A stretch of 64,000 bases of DNA from a virus (taxonomy: Duplodnaviria > Caudoviricetes): the IMG/VR virus record IMGVR_UViG_3300007280_000474. One strand, 5' to 3'. Below are positions 19,185 to 28,919 of this stretch, in pieces. A program made the position numbers and the translations under genes. The notes beneath the pieces were generated by a model. The model was not told the DNA's origin. It ran no database searches and saw only the letters and a program-made list of their open reading frames with translations. Position 1 is the first letter of the stretch. Each line of letters begins with the position of its first letter.

Positions 19185-19409
19185 TTAATCAAATAGGTCA
19201 TCAAATGGTGACTCTTTTAAATTGTCTGTTCTACGTTTTTCAAAGTCTCTACTCAAGTCGTATGTTAGGTGCTTTGAAAAGTTTTCAAGAATGAAGTTGA
19301 TTTCGTCTGGCTTAAAGTTATCTAGCTCTTTGGTGATAACACCATCAAGCATCCTTACCAGTCTCGCCAGTTTCTCCTTCGCCCTTGTCTCTGGTGTCTG
19401 TTTCGACAT
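19185..19409 (-). CDS. Hypothetical protein
   Basis: 74-aa ORF. Confidence 0.5.
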   Translation of the reverse strand: MSKQTPETRAKEKLARLVRMLDGVITKELDNFKPDEINFILENFSKHLTYDLSRDFEKRRTDNLKESPFDDLFD

Positions 19410-19884
19410 CTAAACTCATCTCCTGTTGTTCTTGTAACCCATAGTCTAAGTCAGCACGTTCCTGTAATAGTACAGTTTTACATACATCATTGAACCATTT
19501 GTTTACTACATCTTCATCGCTTTGTCCTGTGTAACCATTGTTGTGCAACATCTTAACAAAGTGATCATTCCAATCTAGTTCGATGTATCCTGCTTTTGCA
19601 TTCTCAGGATCTACACCTAGTTCAAGTACATTTACCCAAGGTTCTTCTTTTATTTCAGCAACCTTCTTTTCAAACTCAACCTTGCCAATTCTTTCATGCT
19701 TAAAGTCAACTTCAAGTTGTGCTACTTCTTTATCAACTTCAGTTTCTGCTTCAATCATAGCAAGTGCTTTTTCTAAATCTTCACCTTCGTAGTAGTATTC
19801 TGCTTCTGCTATTGCACGACTTTTACCTTTAAGTCCCCAACTAGCAGGCATCATACTAAAAGGCATCTTAGTTTTTTTCTTCAT
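19345..19884 (-). CDS. Hypothetical phage protein
   Basis: 179-aa ORF; EPWV..ELDWN..KWF. Confidence 0.7.
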   Translation of the reverse strand: MKKKTKMPFSMMPASWGLKGKSRAIAEAEYYYEGEDLEKALAMIEAETEVDKEVAQLEVDFKHERIGKVEFEKKVAEIKEEPWVNVLELGVDPENAKAGYIELDWNDHFVKMLHNNGYTGQSDEDVVNKWFNDVCKTVLLQERADLDYGLQEQQEMSLDVETDTRDKGEGETGETGKDA

Positions 19885-19893
19885 AACATTCTC

Positions 19894-20781
19894 CTATTTG
19901 CCAATTGCATTACCATATATGTGTGCATGCACTCGGCTAGTATAATAATACCCACGTTGTATTGCTTCGTCGGCAATCATCGCTTCAGTCATCTTAAGAC
20001 CTTCTACTGTGCCTCCAACGCCCATAATCCAGACAGGCCAATCAACACCAACATTACGAAACGCTTCTGTGTGTTGTTCAACTTCATCCCAACTCTCCTC
20101 ACTTCCATTTACAACAAATTTAAGTTGTCCTTTATTAGATACTTCTGCATACTTGCCTACAACTTCAGGCTTAATTGCTTTCTTAGGTTGTTCACCTGCT
20201 GTACTCCATAACTTAGGCGACACACTCCAATACCATTCTCTGCCTACCCAACGTGAGTAATTTATTTGTACCCACTCGCTGAATTCATCTGTAATAGGCT
20301 TTGTGCCATTTGTTTCTACAGTGACTCGCATTGGCATGTTACCTCTGCTTTTAAATTCATCGATAACTGCACTCATACCTGGTTGTGTTTTCTTAAGCAT
20401 TGGCTCGCCGCCAGTAAACACCATATCGATATTCTGGCCTGTTTTATCATGTACAAAAGTACCTGTGGGCAAAAGTGCTGTAAGTTCATCTACAGCCTCT
20501 TCGACAGTTCGATCTGTGATCAAGTGCTTGTATTTCTTTGCCCATGTATAACTACTATCACAGCCTTTGCTGAACACAGGCAACTCTTCTACTACTTTAA
20601 TTCTAGAGATATCAATCTCTTCATAAGGTAGTTCCCAACTGTCTGGGTTTGTAGGATCGTCTTGCCCGAATCCATTACACTGTAAATTACACAAGAAGAA
20701 ACGCATCCACAGACTAGGAATACCTACGTAGGCTCCTTCTCCTTGCGGACTGTAGAATGTTTCACTGTATTGTAAATTCAT
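19894..20781 (-). CDS. queE: 7-carboxy-7-deazaguanine synthase QueE (radical SAM)
   Basis: ETFYSPQGEG..G.PS..MR..CNLQC...CDS, FTGGEP, VETNG, SVSPK. Confidence 0.9.
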   Translation of the reverse strand: MNLQYSETFYSPQGEGAYVGIPSLWMRFFLCNLQCNGFGQDDPTNPDSWELPYEEIDISRIKVVEELPVFSKGCDSSYTWAKKYKHLITDRTVEEAVDELTALLPTGTFVHDKTGQNIDMVFTGGEPMLKKTQPGMSAVIDEFKSRGNMPMRVTVETNGTKPITDEFSEWVQINYSRWVGREWYWSVSPKLWSTAGEQPKKAIKPEVVGKYAEVSNKGQLKFVVNGSEESWDEVEQHTEAFRNVGVDWPVWIMGVGGTVEGLKMTEAMIADEAIQRGYYYTSRVHAHIYGNAIGK

Positions 20782-20802
20782 AATTATACACCAATTTGCA
20801 TT

Positions 20803-20831
20803 ATTATACGCTCTTTAATAGTTAAAGTCAA
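20803..20831 (-). promoter_or_regulatory. sigma70-type promoter for queE
   Basis: TTGACT-17-TATAAT. Confidence 0.8.
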
Positions 20832-21091
20832 GTCCATTTTCCAGTAAGTTTCATGTGTGCGATGTCTTCCCATGTTGCCCATTCAACTCTACGAGAACTA
20901 TCTACCGGCAGTTGAGGTAGTTCTATTCTCATCTTTACAGTTCTAGTATAAGCATAACGCAACCAAATACGTTGTTTGGTTACACTAGTCTTTGGCCACA
21001 GTACAAACTTTCTCTTCCATTCACTTACTTCTAAGTTATCTGGCGAATGTAAAAAGTCTGCAACACTATTACCTTCTCCTGGTATTGGCAC
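20828..21091 (-). CDS. Hypothetical protein
   Basis: 87-aa ORF. Confidence 0.55.
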   Translation of the reverse strand: MPIPGEGNSVADFLHSPDNLEVSEWKRKFVLWPKTSVTKQRIWLRYAYTRTVKMRIELPQLPVDSSRRVEWATWEDIAHMKLTGKWT

Positions 21092-21502
21092 TTATAGTTT
21101 ACCTTCTGCTCTTAACTGCTCTCTAATTTTTGTAGCACTAATGCTGTGGATATCCTCACCGAGATCGTGTTCAGTAAAAGTATAACCCACGCCACGCCCA
21201 TAACTAATATCAACGATATTAGGCACAAGCATAATAATAAAATCTTCACCTTCTACAAAACCCTCTTTTGATAATGCTTCGCTGATGTTTGCAAAAACTG
21301 TGTCGACATCAAATGGATTATCATTCTGCGCCGCAGTTCTGCCACCGCCTGCATCTTCGCCTACAATGCCGCCTACGTTGCGTACTTGTATTGCTACTTG
21401 CCCTGTTTCCAGCAATGCTTTTTTAAACAGTGCTGTGTGTCCGTCATGCCAGGGTTGCCATCTACCTAGCATTTGAGTTGTTGGCTTAGTCCAATCAAAC
21501 AT
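21092..21502 (-). CDS. Cytidylyltransferase-like (HxGH) nucleotidyltransferase
   Basis: GRWQPWHDGH, ISATKIR. Confidence 0.85.
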   Translation of the reverse strand: MFDWTKPTTQMLGRWQPWHDGHTALFKKALLETGQVAIQVRNVGGIVGEDAGGGRTAAQNDNPFDVDTVFANISEALSKEGFVEGEDFIIMLVPNIVDISYGRGVGYTFTEHDLGEDIHSISATKIREQLRAEGKL

Positions 21503-21512
21503 ATCTTACTCC

Positions 21513-22229
21513 TTAATCAACAAAGGCACGCTCTAACATAAAGTCGCCTGCCTCGCCTGTGTTACCCTCAATCCACCCGGATTCAGAGAATTGCTCTCTA
21601 CATTGTCTGTTTAGGTCTGGAGAGCCACAAACCATAACTGAATCTCGCCCTAGTGTTAACCCACCTGGGAGAAACTCCTCTATATGATCCCAGAACCTTC
21701 CCTTCCTGGGATAGTCTTCTCGGGTCACACTTTCAATATACCTAAAAGGTAAATCAGTCTCTAGTAATGCAAGTTCGGGCCTATATGATAACTCAGCCTT
21801 CTCTCTTACCGTGTGGAACAAATAAACATTCTTGTACTGCTCATATGTTAGATAGTCTCTAGCAATACTCATAAATGGTGCAATGCCTGTTCCTGTGCTT
21901 AACATTACCAAGTTCTCAGTTGGTTTCAAATAATCAATAACCAAACTACCTGTACACTTTGGCTTCATTAATACTTCATCGCCTGGTTGTATGTGCTGTA
22001 GCCTACTTGTTAAAGGACCGTCGGGTACTTTAATACTTAAAAACTCTAAGTGGTCATCGTAATTTGTGCTGACTACACTGTATGCTCTATAGATAGGACG
22101 TGGGTCAGCATCTAATCCTATCATTGCAAACTCGCCGTTTTTAAATCTAAAACTACGATCTCTTGTTGTTTTAAAACTAAAAAGTCTATCGCTATAATGT
22201 TGTACCTCTAGTACTTTTTCTTTTAACAT
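21513..22229 (-). CDS. fpr: Ferredoxin/flavodoxin-NADP+ reductase
   Basis: RAYS, GPLTSRL, STGTGIAPF, MVCGS, C-terminal ERAFVD. Confidence 0.93.
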   Translation of the reverse strand: MLKEKVLEVQHYSDRLFSFKTTRDRSFRFKNGEFAMIGLDADPRPIYRAYSVVSTNYDDHLEFLSIKVPDGPLTSRLQHIQPGDEVLMKPKCTGSLVIDYLKPTENLVMLSTGTGIAPFMSIARDYLTYEQYKNVYLFHTVREKAELSYRPELALLETDLPFRYIESVTREDYPRKGRFWDHIEEFLPGGLTLGRDSVMVCGSPDLNRQCREQFSESGWIEGNTGEAGDFMLERAFVD

Positions 22230-22236
22230 AATACCT

Positions 22237-22599
22237 CTATGTTGTCGATAAAATTACAATTACCACATAAGTTAAAAAGTGTGCTAATTGATCTACTCCG
22301 TGTGTTACCCAGTATAATTGATCTGCTGGTCCTAGTTTCTTACTCTTCCAAAAATTGCTTTTAATATAGTCTACGTGGTAATGTACAACTGTGTCTAGTA
22401 TTCCTAAAAGTGCCGCCCAAAGAACAGGTATACCACACGACGCTAACACGACCCATGTAAAAAGTCCATGCAGTTCGCTATGTGCCATTCCTTTCCAGTG
22501 TCCATAGGTGCCTTTGTGTTTAATCATCCAACTGTATTGCATAAAGTAATCAGCGAATACATGCTTGATCATTAGTAAAGTGATAATTGTCAGTTCCAT
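22237..22599 (-). CDS. DUF3307-like membrane protein
   Basis: KH.FADY..Q, HS.LHG, HYHVD, DQLAH. Confidence 0.8.
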   Translation of the reverse strand: MELTIITLLMIKHVFADYFMQYSWMIKHKGTYGHWKGMAHSELHGLFTWVVLASCGIPVLWAALLGILDTVVHYHVDYIKSNFWKSKKLGPADQLYWVTHGVDQLAHFLTYVVIVILSTT

Positions 22600-22600
22600 A

Positions 22601-22924
22601 TCAATCACCCTCTTTGACAAATACTCCGTCAACCATTCGACCCTTTCGGTCCTTTATATCATTATAAGCCACTTCCAAACAATCTGTAAGGCTTATGTTG
22701 TTTCTCTCTGCAATGTTAATCAACACAACCAACATGTCACCAATATCATCTTTGATGTCTTTGCCTTTGCAAATATTATCGCTCAGTTCACCCATCTCTT
22801 GAATTAGTTTTGCTAGTTGGTCTTTGTCTGTAGCACCTTCGATTAAGTTCCTTGCATGATGCCAGTGCTTAACATGCTCAATGGTAGCAATCAGTCTTGT
22901 GCTTTCTAAGTTTTCAACTGTCAT
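22601..22924 (-). CDS. MazG-like NTP pyrophosphohydrolase
   Basis: KLIQEMGEL, DDIGD, AYNDIKDRKG. Confidence 0.85.
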   Translation of the reverse strand: MTVENLESTRLIATIEHVKHWHHARNLIEGATDKDQLAKLIQEMGELSDNICKGKDIKDDIGDMLVVLINIAERNNISLTDCLEVAYNDIKDRKGRMVDGVFVKEGD

Positions 22925-23427
22925 TCTACATCTCCATTTAAACTTGCTAGAATGTGATGTGGGTCAAGGTCTCCCACTTCTGCAAGAAGTGCTTCGTAAA
23001 CAGCAACATGTAAGTCACTGCTTTCGAAATACTTTGCTCCTTGTGCTAAATCTTTATAGATATCTCTGATGACGTTGGTGAGTCCTACGTTGTACACTTC
23101 ATCAAAGTTAAGTGCTTCTGGTTTTAATGTATGACCGTAACTTATTAGTCCAAAGAAAACTACATCGTTTACACTAATAGTTTCTATGTCTAAGTTAATA
23201 TCATCGCCAGTGTTTAGTAATGTAATACCTTCCTTGTATGAACTTTGTTTTGCATTATCTGCAATGCAGTCAATACATTCAAATACTTCATCAACGGAAA
23301 CAGGAAAACGATTGCAAATCCAATCTAAACCTTTTCTATCAATTACTGCGTCTGTGATATCCTCTACTGGAACAGCACTGCTAGATACAACCAGGATATT
23401 ATTGTGACCTCGTGTTTCAATACTCAT
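22921..23427 (-). CDS. Hypothetical protein
   Basis: 168-aa ORF. Confidence 0.6.
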   Translation of the reverse strand: MSIETRGHNNILVVSSSAVPVEDITDAVIDRKGLDWICNRFPVSVDEVFECIDCIADNAKQSSYKEGITLLNTGDDINLDIETISVNDVVFFGLISYGHTLKPEALNFDEVYNVGLTNVIRDIYKDLAQGAKYFESSDLHVAVYEALLAEVGDLDPHHILASLNGDVE

Positions 23428-23437
23428 TGATCCCCCG

Positions 23438-24115
23438 TTACTTAGACGAATTCACAATGTTCATAAACTCATTACGAACTGCTGGATCATGCTTAAAGCA
23501 TCCACCTAGTTTGCTAGTAATGGTTGATGAACCGGTATCTTCAACTCCCCTACTCTTAACACAATAATGTTGAGCATCAACAATAACGCCAATGTTCTCA
23601 GTGTCGAGTATATATGACAACGCATGGTAAACTTGTTCAGTTAACCTTTCTTGTATTTGAGGTCTTTTAGCAAAGTACTCAACTACTCTGTTAAGTTTAC
23701 TAAGACCTAATACTTTTTCATTTGGAATATATGCCACTGTAGCAACACCATCAATAACAACAAAGTGATGTTCGCAGTTACTTTGAACGTTGATGTTACG
23801 CTCAATAACCATCTCATCATACTTCATCTTATTGTCTACTGCTGTACACTTTGGAAATGCTTCATAGTCGAGACCCCAAAAGATTTCGTTTACATACATT
23901 TTTGCAACTCTTTTAGGTGTGTCTACTAAACTATCATCAGTAAGATCAAGTTCAAGCAGTTTCATAATTTCTACAAAATGCTTTTCGATTGAATCAATTT
24001 TATCTGTACGTGATAGACCATTGCTTACTACTGGAGTTTCTACTCCAACAGATACTAGGTGTTCGTGGACTCTGCGACCCAGATCAGGGTCAGTTTTAGT
24101 TTTATTATAAGCCAT
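23438..24115 (-). CDS. folE: GTP cyclohydrolase I
   Basis: TPKRVAKMY, CEHH, GLSKLNR, QIQERL, HYCVKSRG. Confidence 0.97.
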   Translation of the reverse strand: MAYNKTKTDPDLGRRVHEHLVSVGVETPVVSNGLSRTDKIDSIEKHFVEIMKLLELDLTDDSLVDTPKRVAKMYVNEIFWGLDYEAFPKCTAVDNKMKYDEMVIERNINVQSNCEHHFVVIDGVATVAYIPNEKVLGLSKLNRVVEYFAKRPQIQERLTEQVYHALSYILDTENIGVIVDAQHYCVKSRGVEDTGSSTITSKLGGCFKHDPAVRNEFMNIVNSSK

Positions 24116-24186
24116 TTGCTTTCTCCTTCCTAACGCGGATTAATAAGTTAAATTGTTTTGCTACCTTTGTGTAGCAATTATATTTA

Positions 24187-24402
24187 TCAAGAATCAAGTT
24201 TAATTATACCGTTTTCCCAATTTTCAGCAACGTCTTCAGCATAGTGAATACTTTTGCCTGGGACCTCCCTGCTTTCTCTCAATGTGTCATCTTCGAAGAG
24301 ATCAATCACATAAGTTGTGTCTGGACCTCTACTGCCATTGCCACCGTATGGCTCTTTACGAATTACTGCTGAACGACTCATTCCCTCACTCCTTGTTGTC
24401 AA
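24187..24402 (-). CDS. Hypothetical protein
   Basis: KSIHYAEDVAENW. Confidence 0.6.
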   Translation of the reverse strand: MTTRSEGMSRSAVIRKEPYGGNGSRGPDTTYVIDLFEDDTLRESREVPGKSIHYAEDVAENWENGIIKLDS

Positions 24403-24892
24403 AGTTCCACCATTGCTCGTATGGGAATACTACCCACGGATTGTTATCTGGTGTTAGTTCCCTTGCATAAAAGTCTACGTTTTGATAATTGCTTTGTGAC
24501 TTGCTTAACAGTGTAGCCACTTTAAGATTTACATCATTGCCAACTTCTAATGCGTGATCGTATATGACATCTTCAATTGCTTGAAGTGTAGTGCCAGTAT
24601 CGTTTATGTCATCAACTAACAACACCTTTCTATCAATATACTTCTCTAGTATGTGTTCGAGTGTTTTAATGTCCTCAAACTCTCCATCACGGGTCTGCCA
24701 ATTGAAACCTCTAAATGGAACATCAAAGTAATGGCTAAACATTACTCCAATTAGATAACCGCCTCTACCAGGACCAATTACTACGTCTGGTTTGTAAGCA
24801 TCGACAGACATGTCCCTTACTATACTTTGGCAGTCATTAACTAAGTTCTCATAGGAATAGAACAGTTTTTTCACTTCTGCTTTTTCTCCCAT
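24386..24892 (-). CDS. Type I purine phosphoribosyltransferase (Gpt-like)
   Basis: GRGG, VLLVDDINDTGTT PRPP loop, WVVFPYE. Confidence 0.9.
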   Translation of the reverse strand: MGEKAEVKKLFYSYENLVNDCQSIVRDMSVDAYKPDVVIGPGRGGYLIGVMFSHYFDVPFRGFNWQTRDGEFEDIKTLEHILEKYIDRKVLLVDDINDTGTTLQAIEDVIYDHALEVGNDVNLKVATLLSKSQSNYQNVDFYARELTPDNNPWVVFPYEQWWNFDNKE

Positions 24893-25839
24893 TCAAATGA
24901 GTGTTCGATTATTTCATCTAGTCCAAATACTGGAGTCCAACCTAGCTCTTCTCTTGCCTGTGTAATGTCAGCATAAGTCTTAGGTGGATCACCTGCTCTG
25001 CGATCTACGATACTGTATTTTGGGGTAATACCAGTAACACGCTCAAAGGCTTCGATGACCTGAAGCACACTGTTAGGAGTCGACTGTCCTAAGTTAAATG
25101 TGTTACTGGTATTTTTATCTTCGAGGTAATTAAGAGCGGCTAGATGTGCAACTGCTATGTCGTAGACATGCGTATAATCTCTTTCGCATGTTCCGTCTGT
25201 GGTATCATAGTCATTGCCGAAGACTTGAATCTCTTCATCATTAAGCACGGCTCTGCATATAATTGGCACCAAGTGACTAGCAGGCTTTTGAGTGTAGCCA
25301 TGTTCTAGTTCAGGGTCGGCACCTGCGGCATTAAAATATCGAAGATTAACAAATTTCAATCCGTATGCTCGGTCGTAGTCTGGTAGCATATCTTCTACCA
25401 TCTTTTTAGTAAGACCATATGCACTAACTGGTGCAGTTGGTGTGTCCTCAGTAGTTGGGAAGTTTTGTATATCCCCATACACACTGCTTGAACTACTAAA
25501 AATAAAATGTTTAACACCTGCTTCTACAGCACTGTTCAACAGTGAAATAGTATTACCTACGTTGTTCTCATAGAACACACCAGGCTCTGTTACACTTCTT
25601 CCAACCTCATGATCGGCTGCAAAGTGCATAATAGCATCTGGTTGTGTAAGTTTGATCACACCTTTCATTTGATGGTTGTCTAAATCAAATGGATACTGTG
25701 ATACTCCAGGTATTTCTTTTTTAACTCTATCAATATTAATAACATTATGACCTGCGTCTACAAGTAAGCGACATACCATGCCACCAATGTATCCACTGCC
25801 TCCTGTAACTAATACTGTCTTTGCTTCTTGATTATTCAT
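24871..25839 (-). CDS. galE: UDP-glucose 4-epimerase
   Basis: TGGSGYIG, FSSS, YGLTK, LRYFN, DGTCERDY. Confidence 0.93.
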   Translation of the reverse strand: MNNQEAKTVLVTGGSGYIGGMVCRLLVDAGHNVINIDRVKKEIPGVSQYPFDLDNHQMKGVIKLTQPDAIMHFAADHEVGRSVTEPGVFYENNVGNTISLLNSAVEAGVKHFIFSSSSSVYGDIQNFPTTEDTPTAPVSAYGLTKKMVEDMLPDYDRAYGLKFVNLRYFNAAGADPELEHGYTQKPASHLVPIICRAVLNDEEIQVFGNDYDTTDGTCERDYTHVYDIAVAHLAALNYLEDKNTSNTFNLGQSTPNSVLQVIEAFERVTGITPKYSIVDRRAGDPPKTYADITQAREELGWTPVFGLDEIIEHSFEWEKKQK

Positions 25840-27046
25840 ATTTTTGCCTTGCTACATGCTTTCTGAAACCCCAATTATCTCTGAGCCATCTAGCACCTTT
25901 GCCTTCCAGTATGTCCATTGTCCTATCAATAGTGCCATTCTGGTAGTCGCTAATTTTACCAATATTATACTTGGAAAGATCGTTTGTGTCAATACTTTTT
26001 AACATATTATCTAGTTTTTGTACTGCGTCATCGATGCTCCAAGGTACATACATATGGTGTCCGTTGTTTGCAAACACTTCTGGGAAACTTCTGTAAGCAG
26101 GATATAAGGTAAGTGTACCCATAGTGTCTGCTTCGCTTACAGTGTTGCTTACCCAATCTTGTAACGCACAATTAAATAGCACTTTACTATCTGCTAACAA
26201 ATTGTAGTAGTCATTCTTTTTAAGACCTGTGTAAACTCTAAAGTTTGCAGTCTTTGTCTTGCCTAAATCCCATGCATCTTGTAAGTCCATTGCACGTTTT
26301 ACATACCGTGGATCATTGCTTTTAAGTTCTGGGTGTCCACAAAATATAGCAAATTCAACATCTGGATCTATTTTGTAATAGGCTTCTGCTAAATCCATAT
26401 AAAAGTGTGGTTGCTTCTCGTCGTCCCAACGTGCGGCAAAGCCTACACGATTTGATCTATCATGTAGTAATGCAGGAGCAGGAACACGTTCCTTAACTTC
26501 TTCTTTACCATATGGTAGACCTGAAACATAAATTGGACACTTGAATCCTGCAATTCTTAGGTGTGCAACAAATTCTTCACTTGCAACAATAATACCATCT
26601 ACAAACTCATCAACCATTTGCTCATATCTACGCATCCAACTAAACATGCCTTCTCTGATTAAGAAGTCATCTGGGTCAGTAGTTTGTGCAAGGAACCTAA
26701 GGTATACTTTGGGTCTGTATTCCTTTGGTGATTGATCCATAATGTAAGGAAGGCATTCAAGTCCTGGTGTAAACATATCTTCATAAAAGATAACATCGTC
26801 ACTACTAATCTCGCCATTCTTCATTTTCTGTACAAGACTCATAGTCTGACTTAAACTGTAATAACTACGTCCATGAGCATCCAACACACTACCAGTTACG
26901 ATAGCCTTACTGTTGTCCAGTTCCTCACCAGTGATAATCTCATAGTCAATACCACGTGCTTTGAATACACGTTCATTCCAATCTTGCAACTGCAATGTAT
27001 AACGTGCCTCATAACTTTCGAGGCCCATGTAATATAGTTTACGCAT
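25832..27046 (-). CDS. GT-B fold glycosyltransferase (candidate DNA base glycosyltransferase)
   Basis: FAARWDDEKQP, NTVSEADTMG, YRSFPE; start re-assigned to MRKLYY. Confidence 0.75.
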   Translation of the reverse strand: MRKLYYMGLESYEARYTLQLQDWNERVFKARGIDYEIITGEELDNSKAIVTGSVLDAHGRSYYSLSQTMSLVQKMKNGEISSDDVIFYEDMFTPGLECLPYIMDQSPKEYRPKVYLRFLAQTTDPDDFLIREGMFSWMRRYEQMVDEFVDGIIVASEEFVAHLRIAGFKCPIYVSGLPYGKEEVKERVPAPALLHDRSNRVGFAARWDDEKQPHFYMDLAEAYYKIDPDVEFAIFCGHPELKSNDPRYVKRAMDLQDAWDLGKTKTANFRVYTGLKKNDYYNLLADSKVLFNCALQDWVSNTVSEADTMGTLTLYPAYRSFPEVFANNGHHMYVPWSIDDAVQKLDNMLKSIDTNDLSKYNIGKISDYQNGTIDRTMDILEGKGARWLRDNWGFRKHVARQKYE

Positions 27047-27200
27047 CTTTATCTTTCTCCTCAGATTGTGTATTGTCAGGTAACTCGCCGTAATCAACAA
27101 CTTGCGTTACTTCTTCGTCTAAGTTTCCTAAGTTACTGTTATTTAGATCTTTAGAATCTTTATCAGTAGTTTTTTTCGATTTTTCCATCTCAATATCCTT

Positions 27201-28103
27201 TTATAAATTTAGTAGATCAGCATAATGTTCGGCAGTCTGTTTAGCAGTCTTTGGACCTAAGTGCCCAGGAATGCTATCATTAAACATATTGCCACCTTTA
27301 TAACAATCTCTAGCATCATCGATCTGGTCTATGATATAACATCCTAATAGATCAGCAGTGTTCTTACTCCATGTGCCTTCCACATAAGAAGTCTTACCTT
27401 CCCACATGTTCTGAATAGAATTGATCAAACACATTGCCTGAGTATTTCTATTATGTTCCCAATCATCCAAATCAAAACCAAACAATGATCTTAACATGTT
27501 AAAGTTTTTTCTTTGGTATGGCTCATGGTTAAGGTGCCCGGTTACATATCTATTCACACCGTAATAAGATTCACGTGAGAATTCAGTCCACTGGTTTATA
27601 ACACCGAGTGGTTTCTTACATTGCTTATATAGTGATAGATTATTAACATAACTAAAATGTATAGATGTGCCTGCTTTACCTAAATTAATTACCGGCACAC
27701 CTAGTGCTTGTGACAGATAATAGCATATACGCTCATCCTCTGCTAATCCTGTTCCCATTAATTCTGAACATCCAAACATTACCACACTATTGGACCAATC
27801 TACATCGTCTAGGTCAATGCATCTATAGCCCTGCTTGTTAAATGTGTATGTAACTTCTTTGTTTCTGTAATGCCAATCCTCAGGCATTAACTCCAAATTT
27901 GCTACATACCTATCAAGTGTGTCATTTGAATAAAACTTATGAGTACCTGGCAATTCCACATCATCATTTTGATCTACAAATGCTGGATATTGGTTAGCCT
28001 TTATGAGTTGTGCATCAGTACCATTAAAAGTTGAGTGCGGCAAAAAATTGCCATCTTCAATACTTTGTAGTATACTTTTCCTATCCATCAGTGTTTCTTC
28101 CAT
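27201..28103 (-). CDS. SGNH-like hypothetical protein
   Basis: FGCS, INLGKAG, C-terminal GH. Confidence 0.55.
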   Translation of the reverse strand: MEETLMDRKSILQSIEDGNFLPHSTFNGTDAQLIKANQYPAFVDQNDDVELPGTHKFYSNDTLDRYVANLELMPEDWHYRNKEVTYTFNKQGYRCIDLDDVDWSNSVVMFGCSELMGTGLAEDERICYYLSQALGVPVINLGKAGTSIHFSYVNNLSLYKQCKKPLGVINQWTEFSRESYYGVNRYVTGHLNHEPYQRKNFNMLRSLFGFDLDDWEHNRNTQAMCLINSIQNMWEGKTSYVEGTWSKNTADLLGCYIIDQIDDARDCYKGGNMFNDSIPGHLGPKTAKQTAEHYADLLNL

Positions 28104-28159
28104 CTACACTCTTCTTAGTATAATTGTTGGTTCGTTCTGCTCTGCAATACGCAACATAA

Positions 28160-28339
28160 TTACATATTGTTTTTCTTGTCTTGGATTTCCTTACGTCTTT
28201 CTTTTGTAAGTTTACCAAGTTCACCTAAAGCCTTACGAGCTCTAGTTGCCGCGGCTTTAACGCCACCGTTTTCGAACTTATCGTTCTCTGCTAAGTACTG
28301 CTCGAATAGAGCTTTAATTTGTAAATGATTCTCTGTCAT
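28160..28339 (-). CDS. Hc1-like (histone H1-like) small basic protein
   Basis: KFENGGVKAAATRARKAL.EL.KL.KERRKEIQ. Confidence 0.75.
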   Translation of the reverse strand: MTENHLQIKALFEQYLAENDKFENGGVKAAATRARKALGELGKLTKERRKEIQDKKNNM

Positions 28340-28359
28340 TACTTTCTCCTTTTTAATTG

Positions 28360-28746
28360 TTATGCCCCAGGCATGTAATTGGTGGGGTATTCCATTTCGC
28401 AACCGTTTTCATTATCTTCGGCTACTGAAATCTTTAACCAGCGATCAGGATACATTGCTTGTATATGCTCTGCTAGTTCATCTGCGATCATCTCGCATGA
28501 TTTGTAATCAAGATCGAGAGTCGCTTTATCATATAGCCTCTCCATCCATCTTTTAAACTGTATAAATTCTACATCTCTGTCTTCATGAAACACTTCAAGC
28601 CATACCTTAAAGTGAAAGATGTGTCTGTGCGGATATCCTAAAAAGGATACATCATCCCAATCACCTGTTGCTAGATTAGGATCTTCCAAGGCGGCAGGGT
28701 ACTTGTGAATACCCTCCTTGTTAAACGTTACCCAGATACTCCTCAT
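28360..28746 (-). CDS. QueD-like T-fold protein, HRH type (DpdL-like)
   Basis: EGIH, LGYPHRHIF, SCEMIA, VAEDNENG parallel QueD motifs. Confidence 0.75.
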   Translation of the reverse strand: MRSIWVTFNKEGIHKYPAALEDPNLATGDWDDVSFLGYPHRHIFHFKVWLEVFHEDRDVEFIQFKRWMERLYDKATLDLDYKSCEMIADELAEHIQAMYPDRWLKISVAEDNENGCEMEYPTNYMPGA

Positions 28747-28919
28747 AGTGTTACTGTCTCCTCAGCAACCTCAGTAACGGGTTGAGTTACATAACGCATT
28801 GGTCTACGCATAGCGGCTACCCTAGCCTTTCTAATAGCATTACGTTCTGCTTTCTTCTTATGGTTCTTTCTGTTCTGTCTATCTCTGAACTGTTGAACCT
28901 TTTGTTTTACTTTTCTCAC
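28743..28919 (-). CDS. Small highly basic protein
   Basis: Not in the ORF track; GTG start, MRKVKQKVQQFRDRQNRKNHKKKAERNAIRKAR...; overlaps both neighbours. Confidence 0.55.
   Translation of the reverse strand: MRKVKQKVQQFRDRQNRKNHKKKAERNAIRKARVAAMRRPMRYVTQPVTEVAEETVTL

Noticed and set aside
28743-28919. Possible ribosomal protein bS21
   Set aside because: Basic, but lacks recognisable bS21 motifs (ALRRFK, YEKP)
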